Translations under genes and position numbers: made by a program
Notes under the pieces: model-generated
The model's database searches: none
What the model saw: the letters and a program-made list of their open reading frames with translations, nothing else
What the model was told of the DNA's origin: nothing
NCBI GenBank assembly: GCA_023213395.1
Contig: CM041465.1
Coordinates: 161,145,741-161,209,740 of the forward strand
Origin: Cycas panzhihuaensis
Lineage: Eukaryota > Plantae > Cycadophyta
Length of the DNA stretch: 64,000 nucleotides
Direction: 5' to 3'
Part shown: positions 11,895 through 24,412 of the stretch, piece after piece
Layout: every line of letters begins with the position of its first letter
How positions within the stretch are numbered: the first letter of the stretch is position 1

Positions 11895-12745
11895 TTCTTT
11901 AGTTGCAATCTCCTGTGTTTAATTTGTAATAGTTTACAACCCAAGTTATAACCTTATGCATCTTGGGTTGTAACCTTCTACTTCTTTGATTATAGCTACT
12001 TGTTTTCCTAATTGCAACCTCCTTCATTCAAGTTGCAACCTCTTTGTCTCTCTTGAGTCCAAGTTGTAACCACTTCACCTCCTTAGTTGCAACCTCTTGA
12101 GTGTGAGTTGCAACCATTTTGCCTTCTTGCTTACAACCTTTCGAATCCGTGTTACAACAGATTGCATTTGAGTTGTAACTAATTACATTTGAGTTATAAC
12201 TGATTACATCCGAGTTATAATTAATTCACCTCCTGAGTTATAATCTTTTGCATCCAAGTTTCAACCTTTTATATTTGAGTTGTAATTGATTACGTCCAAG
12301 TTACAACTGATTACATCTGAGTTGCAACCAATTTGTATCTTAGGTTGCAATCTTTTGTGTCTAAGTTGAAATCTTTTACATCTAAATTGCAACCAATTTG
12401 CCTCCTGGGATGCAACGTTTTACTTCTAAGTTATAACCAATTATGTCTAAGTTACAACCAATTGCATCCAAGTTACAATTGATTACATCTAAATTGGAAC
12501 TAATTTGCCTCATGAGTTATAATCTTTTGCATTTAAGTTGTAACCTTTTACATCTAAGTTGCAATCGATTCGCCTCCTAGGTTGCAACCTTTTACTTCAA
12601 AGTTGAAACTTGTCTTTCTTTCTTAGTTATAACCTTCTATGCTCTGTGTTATAACCTTTTTACTTCTCAGTTACAACCTTTTGCATCCTAACTTGTAAAC
12701 ATTTTTCATTCTTGGTTACAACCTTTTACGTCTTAGGTTGTAACC
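11895..12745. repeat. Tandem array of about 40 degenerate 21/23-nt units with palindromic core (A/G)GTTGCAAC(T/C)
   Basis: Unit starts at 12191, 12212, 12235, 12256, 12277, 12298, 12319, 12342, 12363, 12384, 12407 (spacing 21 or 23 nt). Confidence 0.9.
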
Positions 12746-12849
12746 ATTTTGTTCCATGAATTGTAAGAAATTTATATCCTTGACCAATCCCATCTGTTAA
12801 AATCATTAAAGAAATTCTATTCCCATGGTTTTTGTCCACTTTTTTTTTT

Positions 12850-15800
12850 AAACTTACTGTATACTATTTTAGTCAAATTTCGTTGACCAATTTCTCAAGT
12901 AGTGTTCCATCAAGTTGTTGGAGTCACATTGCTATATTGTGCCAGATTTTGTTCACCTTGTATGAACCGAGCCATTGCAATTTTAACTTTTGAGGTTTTA
13001 TACGAAACTTACTATCATAGAGAAATACAAGATATCCTTCTTACAGCTATAGGACTTTGAGATGTCAATCTTGGGATACTTTTTGTCTTATCTTTTTTGC
13101 TTTTAGTTTCCACAAGGCTCTTGCCCATTTTTTATCCAGTTTCATTAAATCTACATGTCATTGATTCTATGAATCATCCTCTAATAGCCATAATTTAGAG
13201 GCCACTCTCAAACTTTCCATCTAGAATTCCAGAAGTATTATGGCCTCTAATCTATAGACCAACTAGAATGGGGTTTACTTGTGGGGCCTTTTTATTGTTG
13301 TCCCATCAGCTTATAAAATAGAATGAAGCCTCTTTGCCTAGTCCATTTGTCCTTGATTATAGATTTTAGATAATATCAATTTTAGAATTTTATTTGTGCT
13401 TTCCACTTACCCTTTTGCTCATGGATGGTATGGGGAAGACTTTGAATGCTGAATCAAAAATTCCAATGTAAGATGCTTTATTGTTTCATTAAAGAAGTTT
13501 CTTTCTCGATTAAAAATAATTTCTAACAAGTAGCCAAACCAAATAATTATTATTTCATATAAAAATTGGGCTATACTTTAAGCATAACACGTCCTCTTTG
13601 CCTTTACTTCAATCCATTCTATTAAAAAATTAGTAGCTAGCAGAATATACCTTGCGTTTGTACACCTGGCTAATTGATTGATAGGTCCAACAAAATATAA
13701 TCCCTATTTTTCAAATGGAACTTGGACCAATATGGGACACAAGGGTATAAAATGATTCTTTTCCAACTTTCCCACTCACTAGTATGCATCACAACTATAA
13801 ATCTATTTTTGTACATCTTTAGAAATTATAGGCCACCATAGTCCTGTGAATAGAATTTTCTTATAGATTTAATACCTTGATGTCTCATTGTAACTCTTTT
13901 ATGGGGTTCTCTGATGATAGCTTCTACTTCATGCTCCATTATTTATTTTCTTAGGTATGATCTAGTCCTATCCTATATAATATTCCTTAGATTAGTTAGA
14001 AAGGGAAAGTTTTTTTGGTGAAGCTTTGTCATTCTATGTGCTCCATCCCTTGCAATGTTTATCTTGTTATCAGGTACTGTGTTATATCCTTGCACTATTT
14101 AGGAACTGCTTTGATAAAAAATAATTCTATGTCCAGAAAATCATTATGAATCCTTATTGCCAATTCTCCATCCACTTCCTTTGACAATAAGTTAGGGATT
14201 ATATGCTTGACACCTTTCTTGACAATGATCTTAAAATTAAATTCCTAGAACAACATAAGCCACCTACTAATTCTTCCTTAGACTATAGGCTTATTGATTA
14301 AGTATTGAAGGGTTCGATGATCTATAAAAAAAATAAATATATTAGCCAATAAATAGTGTCTAAATTTCTAGAGAACATATATCATGCCCAAACCTTCTTG
14401 TTCTATCACCAAGTAATTCTTTTTAGCCTTTGTTAGTTTCTAGATTATAAAATAAATTAGCAAGTCAGTATTATCATCTTTTGGCTATGTTAATACACAT
14501 CCAATAGTAAACAAAGAGGCATCTACATGTACATGGAAAGGCTTATCCCAATTTGGAAATCTAAGAATTAGTGCTTAGGCTATCTTTCTTTCCAATAATT
14601 CAAATTCCAACTGCTATTATAGCTTCCATTGTCATTCAATCATCTTTTTTAATAGGATTTCTATGGGGTTAACTATATGAGCATATTTTTTTATGAATTT
14701 ATAATAGTACCATATCATTCCTAAAAATCCTTTAACCTACCTTTGTGTTTTTGGCACTAGGAAATTTAAAGTCATTGCTACCTTATTGGGATCTATGAGT
14801 AGTCTATTCTTTGTCATCACATGATCGAATAAGGTCCTAAATGACACCATAAAAGTGCATTTTGTAGGATTTAAACATAAATTATTCCTTCTACATGTTT
14901 TAAGCATTAAATGCAAACAATTAAGATGATCTTTAATAAAGTAAATAGTGTCTAATTATCCAGAAATACCTCAATTATTTTTTCTATTATTTATCTAAAG
15001 ATATTAAGGATTACTCTTTAAAATGTTACAAGGGCATTCATTAATGTGAATGGCATTACTCTGAATGCATATACACCCCATTTTATAATATAGGTTATCT
15101 TTAATTAGTTATATAGTGTAATTTGAACTTACTGTACCTACTGAATCCATCAGTGAATGAGTATACATCATATCCTGCCACTTTTCCTAAAATATTTTAT
15201 GTGAAAGGAATTAGGAATAAATCCTTTTTTGTGGCCTTGTTTAAGGCTCTATAATTGACACAAACTCTAAACTTCCCATTTTTTTAGGAACGACTATGAT
15301 AGGACTTACCCATTCATTGCTTTCAACTTCCAAAATATAATTTGCTTCTAATAACTTATCAAGCTTAGCTTTGACTTTCTCCTTATACTTTGGACTGATG
15401 CGGTATGATCGTTACCTTACTGGTTTAGCTCCCTTTATTAGTTTAATTTTGTACTCATCCAACTCTAGTCGAATGCCTTTTAAATCCTTATAGGACTAGG
15501 TAAACATATCCTTATATTCTAAAAATAGCGAAGTAGCATGCTACATCATTTCCTCATTCAAATAATCACCCAAGGTGTTCATGTGAGGTTGCTCTTCTAC
15601 CCTAATATTGATTTCCTTCATCTTTAATTTTTTCCCTTGTACTATTTTGCCATCTAGACTTAATATGTGAGTCGATGCAATATCTATGCTACGATCTCTG
15701 TATTCTTATGCAGAATAACTAGGAAGAATGATTTATTGTTCTTGCAAAATTTTCGCTTCCTCTTTAATTTCAATCTAAAAATAATGCTTTACTTTTTCTA

Positions 15801-17029
15801 GAATTCTTTCCTTTAATTTTTGTAAAATTCCTTCAATATGTTCATTTTGACTATAATACATAAAAGTTTGATAATTATTTTCTATTATCACATCCCATTC
15901 TATTAGTTTTATTTTTTCACAAGAGTTATACCAAATAATGGAAATTCCTTTAAACGTTGCCCCCCAATATTGAGTCTAATCTTTTTTTAGAATTTCTTAT
16001 GTTGTCCACTTCTGAACACACTTTTGCACATGTAAGTAGGGATCATCCCTATTCCAAAATAAAGGAACCTCATACATTTGGAATCTCATTAAAAATTGTT
16101 TACTCATTTCTTTCCAAGAACTAAAATTTTATGCATACGCATCATACCAAAATTGAGCTTATCTTATCGAAGAATAGGGAAACATAAGATTCTAGAATTA
16201 TTGATGCCATTTATTCTTTATTATATTAATACATTATTCCAAATGATTTTCTCCTTGTTCAGGATTACTATTGTATTTAAGTAATTCACAAAATATAGAA
16301 GCAATTTTTCTTTACATATTCTTTTCTATTTGGGGTGACTCTGATTGTATTTTTTCTTTGTTTTCTTCTTCTAAAGAATTTATGTAGCATTCTAAATGAT
16401 AGCTCAAGGCTGGTTATGTCTCTTCGTAGGCATTGTGGAGCTAATTTAATATATAGGATGATGAAGGGTTGTTTGGCAATATTAGTTGTATTTGAAAAGT
16501 TGTTTCATAACAATGGCTTATTATAGATTCTATGGTTGTTGTTGTAAATGAAGATCAGCCTTCATCTTTAATATTTTCTATCTTTGGTCCACTTGAACAA
16601 GGGAAAATTCATTGTCTTTTCTCCTACTGAAAGAGTAAATGTATATCTTCTCTAATCCTATATTGCCTTTGTATCTAATAACCAAGGTCTTCCTAATAAG
16701 GCCAGATAACTCTTCCTTTGATCTTGCATTTGAACTATTGTAAAATCGAACAATATAGTTACTCCTGCTACTATTACTGGGATATTCAATAGTGTTCTCA
16801 TGGGCCTTCCTTGTAATTGATTGGATAATCTAATGGAATAATTTGGGGCAACCATATTAGGCCTTCTGAAGGTTATCCATGAGGATTGAGGTAATACATT
16901 CACTCTTAAACCCCTGTCCATAATAGTTCTACATAAAGTTGTTCTGAAAACCATCATTGGGACTCCAGGGTCTACTCCTATATCTTTTATAGCTTTAAGT
17001 ACTAGTTTCTCAATTTGATCTAATACCAA
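12850..17029 (-). pseudogene. Gypsy pol (protease, RT, RNase H, integrase), heavily decayed
   Basis: PR IMDRGLRVNVLP...LLGRPWL; RT EWVSPIIVVPKK..FRVCVNYRALNKATKKD; RH EQEGLGMIYVL.KFRHYLL, GRISRWLMLF; INT FEK.GL.FVGPIN; C-terminus LVNEI.LK.Y. Confidence 0.9.
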
Positions 17030-17399
17030 TTATTGGAAGTACCCTATTTTCCAAGGTAGTAGAGAGTTTAGAATAAAACCGAATGTAAGAAAAATTTCAC
17101 ACCATTAGCTACATAAATTATTATTAGGATTGGAAACCCTAGGGTAAAAGATGAGCAATGAATAATTGAGTAAGAAGAAAATAACAAGACATTTTAAGAT
17201 CAAGATCTTTAAGAAATTAGGGTTTCTTTAGGCTAAGAATTTTATTCATAATCATAAGGGTTTCATCTAGTCTTAGAAGAAAGAAACCCTTTTTCTTTAT
17301 TAATGTGTGAATTCCACTTAGAGGCATCAAGACAATCAAGATTTGAAGCTAACAAAGAAGCAAGGATGCCAAGCTTGGAGTCTATAAGCAAAACATCAA

Positions 17400-18780
17400 G
17401 TAGTGGATAATTTAACAATGTCGAAGAGGAACAAATCCCTAGTTCTCTAATGAATTTGGGAAGTAAAAATTTGGGTGGTAATCTAGTGGGAAATAGAGGA
17501 GGACATGTAGGACCATAGGGTCAACTACCATTAACATTGTCAAATTCTCAACCCTATGTAATTGTTCCAAATGATGAGGTTTTTAATAGTTTATAATATG
17601 ATGGTAATGGTGACCCATCTTACCATTTGCCATTGCTCTTGAATTTAATCAAGATAAAGAAAATTTAAAATGAGAAATGGATTAAAGAATTTTTTTTTAT
17701 AACTTTGTAAGGAATGGCTATTCCATGGTTTTAATATAAAAATATCACAGATCTAAATTGGGAGAAGGTGCAATAATTATTCATTACAAGATTTCAAAAA
17801 TTAAAAGACCCACTCTCCATCTTGCAAGACCTAGAGAAATTATAATAGCAACCTAGAGAAATTATAACAAATTTTGATGCCAGAATAAGAATCATTATTA
17901 GTAAGATGGATCCAAAAAAATCCTATCTCTCCTTGTCAAATGCTAAAATATTTTGATCAATATTTATTGCCTAAAATTAGAAATAAATTTTATTTGTACC
18001 TAATAGAAAATTATAAATAGGTCCTAGGCCTAACTTTAAAGCTAGAAAACCAAATGTATAATGCACATGCAACATTTGTTAGCAACTTGAGTTCCCAATT
18101 GAAAATTTTGAGGTAGGATAGAGTATCCTTATGAAGGTAGCCACTTCCAATCATTCTAAATCTTATGTTAACATTCCAACCAGTATTAGAGAAATTGAAG
18201 GCAAAAATTATAACATTAAAAATTCATTTAACAATACTAGAAAGGAAAGATATGTGGTACCTCTTGCCTTGTAATCAATTAGGTAACACTATGAATAAGC
18301 ATATTAAACAAGGCATGTGGTGTGCCATCTATGAAATAAGTAATCACAACATAATGGATTATGGATTCAATGGGCAAAATACACAAAGAAAAGGGAGAAG
18401 TGGTTGAAATATGATAGGAGAAATACACAACATGTATTATTAATAGATAATAAAACATAATAAAAAATAATATAAAGAAAAAATAAATCTCACATGATGT
18501 TATTTATGATTTTATTAGGGACACATTACGAAAGATTATCTAATGGAAAAACCTAGAGGACAATAAGTACATGAGGAATATAGACCATTGGGCCATGAAT
18601 GAGATCATTATCTAAAGAATCTCCACTACAAATAAGTAGATAATCTAGCTGAAAAAATAAATGATGAAGGAAAATTAGTAGTCCAAGGGGAAGAGATGAA
18701 ACAAGTAGAAGCTCTAAAAGCTTTGAATACCTAACAAAAATTATAGAAGTTATAAGATATACCAATTAAAGTCCAAGCTT
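17400..18780 (+). pseudogene. Gypsy-type gag remnant
   Basis: YDGNGDPSYHL, TL.GMAIPWF, knuckle-like WCAIYEISNHNIMDY. Confidence 0.65.
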
Positions 18781-18782
18781 CA

Positions 18783-21200
18783 TGTTGGGGTTAATGTTCC
18801 TCACCTAACTCCCACCATTAGAAATATGTGAAGTGTACATATCTTCATGGTAAGTCAAGGTAATATTATTTTATTATGCATTGTTATTATTTTAATACTT
18901 TGTTATTATTTTATATTATTTTAAATTTAGAGGTTAAAGAGGGTTACCTCCTTCCTCCCAAGTATATATTTTATGGGGTACAAAACCTTGGTGTTCATAA
19001 ATGCCACCTTTAATAAAGGATTTTTGAATGTACTCTTCTACAATGGATTATATACAATGATATTTTAATATTGCTTTCAATATGGCTTGAATACTAGTTT
19101 GATTTATATGTTCATCGACTTCGTTCTAATCACCATATTCCAACATTTGGTATTAGAGCTAGATCTTGGCAATATTTAATATCAGAGAAAAGAAATTAGT
19201 TTGAGATTTCATCCCCTCTAGAAAGAGATATTACTCTTGGAAGTTATAGATCTCAAAGTTGGATCTTGGCTAGAGCATCTTGATCTTGGCCTACTTGGTT
19301 TCATTTAACATTTTAGATCTTGGGCTACATTCGAAGATTCATCATTTGGCTTCATTTAGCATCAAGTAAGATCTATTGATTTTGAAGAGGAGATTTATCA
19401 AAACTACTCATAGCAAGCATTATATTGGTTTTATTCAATTTTTATAAAGCTTATTAATAGTTTTTACATCATTTTTCATTAAAAATTTGACTATTTTTTA
19501 TTTATATGCTTAAAATAATTTGTATTTTCTTAGATCTATGTAGAGTTTACAAGTATAATCAACCCAACAATCATTTGGAGGCATTATATTAGCATTTCAA
19601 CTAATATTTTTCATGATTTTAATTATTTTTTACTAATTTTTTGAGGGTTTGCAAAGAACTTAGACTTTTGTAGGCTGGTGCACTCTCCATAGTGATCAAA
19701 ACCATATCAAGCCACCACTCATTTTAGAGCTCTCTGAGTCAGATCCATACTAGATTTAACAATTTTATTTTTCGTCACTCTTGCAAAGAGATCTCCCTCC
19801 TAGAAGCTTGGCTACTCATTTTGGAAATGGAACCCCATTGCCCCTTTTTTATTTTATTTATTTCTTCTTATTTTTTAATTAGATCTCTTTTATGATAGGG
19901 GTGTAGGCTTGATACAAACTAATTGGAGCTATCTTAATCCATTTTTGAACTCTTTATGATTTGTACAACCTCCTCATTGTCATGTGCCCTCCACGACCAT
20001 CTAGGTGCAATAGACTTATTTTAGGTCAATTTTCTTTAATATTTCTTTCTAGATCTCATGTTCTTATCTATGGCACCTTGCTTGTGAGATTTGAAGGCTT
20101 ATTTCAATCATTTTCAACATCTTTTCATTGATCAAACCTCTTCTTCATACTCGTTTTCACGTGGGATGTGTAAGTGAAATCTTTTATTTTTTTATGAAGT
20201 TATAAACTTTAATAAATTTTAATTAAATTATATTTAATATTCATTTAAATTTTGGCATGTATTTTTGAATGTTAGCCCCTTTTTGACGTTAGCTCTCATT
20301 ATTTTTTGGGTCCACGTGACCTTGGTTTTCTTTTTGAAAGGGGCAGACATGAAATCTTTATAGGTTACTTTTTATAATTTTGGATTTAGAGAGGTTTAAA
20401 TATATTATATAAAATTTGAAATCCTAGCCCCCTTTCGCCCTCAGTAGGTGGTCATATTGACATCCAAGGTGACTTGGGCTTATTAGTTAAGGGGCTTATC
20501 ACCCCTCTCTTCTTATTTTGTTATTACAAAGAGGATCTTGGATAGTTTTTGCAATATCTTGAGATCCAGAACTCTATCTTTTGAACTGTTAGATTTCTCA
20601 TAAATATGTTTTGATGCTCTATGTATCAGAATAATTTTTATTATGATCAAATACTATTTTGTAGGTTTTTAAAGCTGATAAAATTAAGGTTTTAATTTGG
20701 TCCTAGTTGGATATGTTTGTAAATATATTAAGAAAACGTTTCACTTAAATTCAACACATTTCTTCAATATTTATCTACTAATTATTTGATTATATATTTT
20801 GATTGTTTTTAGAGGATCAGAAGTGTTTTTGTAGCCATATAGCTCTATTTTGGTCTCTTAAGGTAAAGGAGCCTTCCTTGGATCAAAATCATCAAATTAA
20901 TGAATTCTAACACCTTACAACTCTATTTTTAAGCTTTCATTTTATCTTCTAACTTATAAATTTGATTCAAAAGCCCTCCTAAAGATGATTTAGTTTAGAC
21001 TCCCTCCTAATATCCTAATTAGACTCTCACCAAAAGGTAGGAGCATGTTCTACTATGAACTCTCTTTTAACTATACTAGTGATGGAGATGATATCCTTTA
21101 AGGAGTAGAAAATGCTAGCTTTTAAGTACATCTAGTTATGCTCCCCTAAAATATGATTAGCAACTAGGGTATATCAATCAAGTTACTAGATAACTCAATT
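18783..21200 (+). mobile_element. LTR element 5' part: LTR 18783-19145, PBS(iMet) 19148-19159, long non-coding leader
   Basis: TGTTGG...CCAACA terminal inverted repeats followed by TT-TGGTATTAGAGC; right boundary approximate. Confidence 0.65.
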
Positions 21201-21299
21201 TCAAAGTGCCTAGAACTCATTGGTGTATGATTTTATTAATGTGGTTTGTTTTATGAATTGACTAAAGAAAGAACTATTCTAAGTGCCATCATATTATTC

Positions 21300-22150
21300 A
21301 AAGAATCCTTTAAAAAATAATTCCCACATCTATCCTATCAAGTTATTCCTTTTCCACTATTAAAACCAATAAGATGGCATCCTATCTAAATGGATTATTA
21401 TAAATGTCAATTGTTCTAATGGTGACATGCGATTTAGATAGATGTATGATTCCAACTTACTAATCTAGCTTTTGGAAAAATCCTTGTTAGATCCAAATCA
21501 AATGTTGGTATTGTGATATTATGATGGACCAGATGTTGCCAAAGTGGAGGTACGGATCCCACAATATTGGAGGTAGGCTAGATTGGTGGAGAGTTGTAAG
21601 AGTTGGGTGGGCTCATATTTAATTTGATGATCAAGAGCATACTATTTAGTTTTTGGTTGAGACTATCTTTGAGAATTTAGACTGTGTCCTAAATTTATTG
21701 CTTTAATTCCTATTTCAATTCTTGTTTCATTACTATAACTTTGTTGGAGAGTGCCTCTAAACTAACTATCACTTATTCAAATTGAACTTCATTATTGAGT
21801 GTCTCTATTCTAGTTAACAATCTTTCAAAGTGAGTTTCTAACATTTAGATATGATTTGCCTATGTGGATGCCATGGGAGTTGAATCTAGAGTTAAATAAA
21901 TGAAGAAAGAGCTATTAAGAAGTGGGAAAGTTTAAATAATGGTATTTTAAGAAGAAGGAAGGAGATAAAAAGAATGAGTTATATAGAAGTGGTGGATTAC
22001 ATAAATAGGGAAGGGAACAAAGTAGAGGTGTTTATAGCCTATTAGCCCCCAAAAATAACAAATAATATCACCTAGTACATTCAGGTAAGTGAAATGAGAC
22101 TATCAGAATGAGGTAGGTAAAGTTTAGGGATAAAACGTTTATGGTAGGTC
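21300..22150 (+). mobile_element. L1 LINE 3' remnant (RNase H-like domain)
   Basis: YINREGNKVEVFIA near 22000 resembles the plant L1 RNase H motif HIYREGNxxADxLA. Confidence 0.55.
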
Positions 22151-23426
22151 CCACAAAGGACCTAGATATTATTAAACCTAAAAACTAACTTAGTGGAGAT
22201 TGATCATTGTAATGCATTTATTGAAATATAATGTATGAATTTTAATGGCAATTTTTTAAGCCATGGGCTCTGTTTTTTTTTTCTTCTCTTTTCTTTTTTA
22301 TGAATCCAACTATGTAGGTTTTATCTAAATCAAATAAATATTTAGCAAGGTGACCCTACATACTGCATTGATTTTTTTTTAGAAGATGTTTGGGGAGGTG
22401 GACTAGACTAACTCAATAAGAAAAATTAGATAAACTTAATAAGCAAACTGGACTAGACAGAATATTGACTCTAATATAGATATAAACAAGATAGATTATA
22501 CTAAAGGTTTGGATAGGAATGTAATACTAGATTCTAGATTATGGAATTCTTAGCTTCTTTAATTCTTAGGAAATCAATTGTCTAGATTTGATACTTTAAT
22601 ATTGTTGCTTTTGGAAGTGGTGCCTATTTAGGCTTGGGGTCTTATTGCTAAAGTGATGTACTCTAAAATGTCAAGGATTATATATATATCTTAGAGGTGA
22701 TTAATAGAATTTTCTTTTTTTAGTAATACAGATAAAATCATAATAATCATAGGATTTTTGTAATAAATACTTTTATTATAGATGTTGTAGAGATGAATAG
22801 AGGAAGCCTACCAAATATTAATAAATAAAAACTTTCATAAACTTCCTTATCAACATTATTGCTTGGCCTAATATCTTAGGGCACTACCTACAAAGAAATA
22901 TTAATACCTATAGGGCCAATATTCATATAAGGTTATTTTTTAGTTGTTAATTACTAACTTATGCATTATAACGGGACAAGTAATTGACAGGTTTCCTAAT
23001 CTAGGTTGGCAAGAGGAACCTATAAGGTCCTCTAATATACCTAAAGGTACATGGAGGCTCACTTTCGTACTCAAGTTTTGACTAAAGCTTCTACAAACAT
23101 TATTATATTACTTTACTTCATATATAGGTATATGCCCACACACACTTAACTTAGTAGTGATAGATCTCTATGATATTTAAAGACCCTGATATAGGGTCTC
23201 TACCCTAAGTACAAAGGAAAAAGGAGGGAATTAGTAGGATACAACTTCTGCCTACTCATAGCTTGACTGACTTGAGATAACATTAAGTAGATCCTTGAAT
23301 AAAATATAAACTATAAAATAGGGTTTATAGTGATATAGTAAGGGGGGGAAAAAATTCTTTTTCTTTAACTTCTTTCAATTTTTATTTCTACTTCTTCTAG
23401 ATTCTAAATTAGGCTTTGATAGCACT

Positions 23427-23833
23427 TAGAATATACCAAACCCTAATATTTCTTTAACTTTAAGCATAAAAGATAGGAAATATGGTAGCCAAGCTTTAAC
23501 TTTATAGCAATAAAAGCAAGATTATAGCTTAGATTATTTAAGAGCACTTTGAACACAAATTGACACTAAATAGACATCGATAAAGAGTACTAAAGTATGG
23601 TGTCTTAAGAAAGAAAATAAGGTTTAACAACTATTTTTTATAAAACTTGGCCTTATATAATCACATGAAGTCTCTTTATAGTAAATCTCATTGCTGAAAA
23701 AAATAGCCTCAAATTCTATTAATAAATATAAGTGACCCATCATACAAAATAATAACTAATACTAACCCTTTGATAACTAACACTCTAAGTGCTAGCTTAA
23801 CCCACTCCACTTGTAGAGGGTGAATGTGCAATA
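23427..23833 (-). repeat. 5' LTR of a chromovirus-type element, with decayed PBS(iMet) at 23413-23424
   Basis: Colinear homology with 60738-61120 (shared TTAACCCACTCCACTTGTAGAGGGTGAAT); PBS reads TGCTATCAAAGC; adjacent 23150-23290 resembles 56340-56450. Confidence 0.75.
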
Positions 23834-23989
23834 GATAATTAGGGTCCATATGTCTTTAACCATTAATGCTTATAAGATCCATGATGATGATTATTCAATA
23901 TTTTTTAATTATGAATACAATTTTCTATAAAAATTTGGTATATTATAGCATCCTCCTATGGTTGCTAAAGTGAATGATAAGGAACTTAA

Positions 23990-24260
23990 TCTAATTACAT
24001 TTTAAGGTTTTGTCAACCTTTATTTTAATGGTACTCCGAAAGAAAAGCCTACTCTTATAGGTGATGGTGGTTCTCTTATAAAATTGCATAGTAATGTTAT
24101 CTATAAATACTTGGAAGCATTGGGAAAGAAGACTAATAATGAAGCTAAAGTTATTGCATTATATAGAATATTACTTTTAAAACTTCTAAAAGAAAATAAT
24201 AAAATTCAAGTTATAAGAGATTCTGTGTTGATTATTAATGTTATTAAAGGTAAATGATAA
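23990..24260 (+). mobile_element. L1-type RNase H fragment
   Basis: FNGTPKEKP..GDGGSL...LGKKTNNEAKVIAL...IRDSVLII resembles FDGASKGNP / TNNEAE / GDS. Confidence 0.65.
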
Positions 24261-24351
24261 GTTAATATTTTATATGTTTCTTATTTACTTTTATCTTTTC
24301 TTGACTTTGTAAGTTATTTTAAAGAGGTGTGGTGTATATGTGTATGTAAGG

Positions 24352-24412
24352 GTGTGTGTGTGTGTGTGTGTGTGTGTATGCGCCCGTGTGTGTATGTGTA
24401 TATGTGTGTGTG
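24352..24412. repeat. (GT)n compound microsatellite
   Basis: Seen directly. Confidence 0.95.

Larger units (their letters stand above)
9234..17050 (-). mobile_element. Ty3/gypsy (non-chromovirus) retrotransposon with pol, tandem array and extra 3' ORF; 5' end missing
   Basis: PR-RT-RH-INT order; PPT GTGGTGGGAGAGA at 9523-9535 followed by TG and a short 3' LTR (about 9234-9522). Confidence 0.85.

Noticed and set aside
11895-12745. CRISPR-like array of palindromic repeats
   Set aside because: Units are contiguous and degenerate with no unique 25-40 nt spacers, there are no cas genes, and the context is a plant retrotransposon
11895-12745. Coding 7-aa repeat protein (GCNSD..)
   Set aside because: Recurrent 23-nt units shift the frame, so a continuous ORF is unlikely
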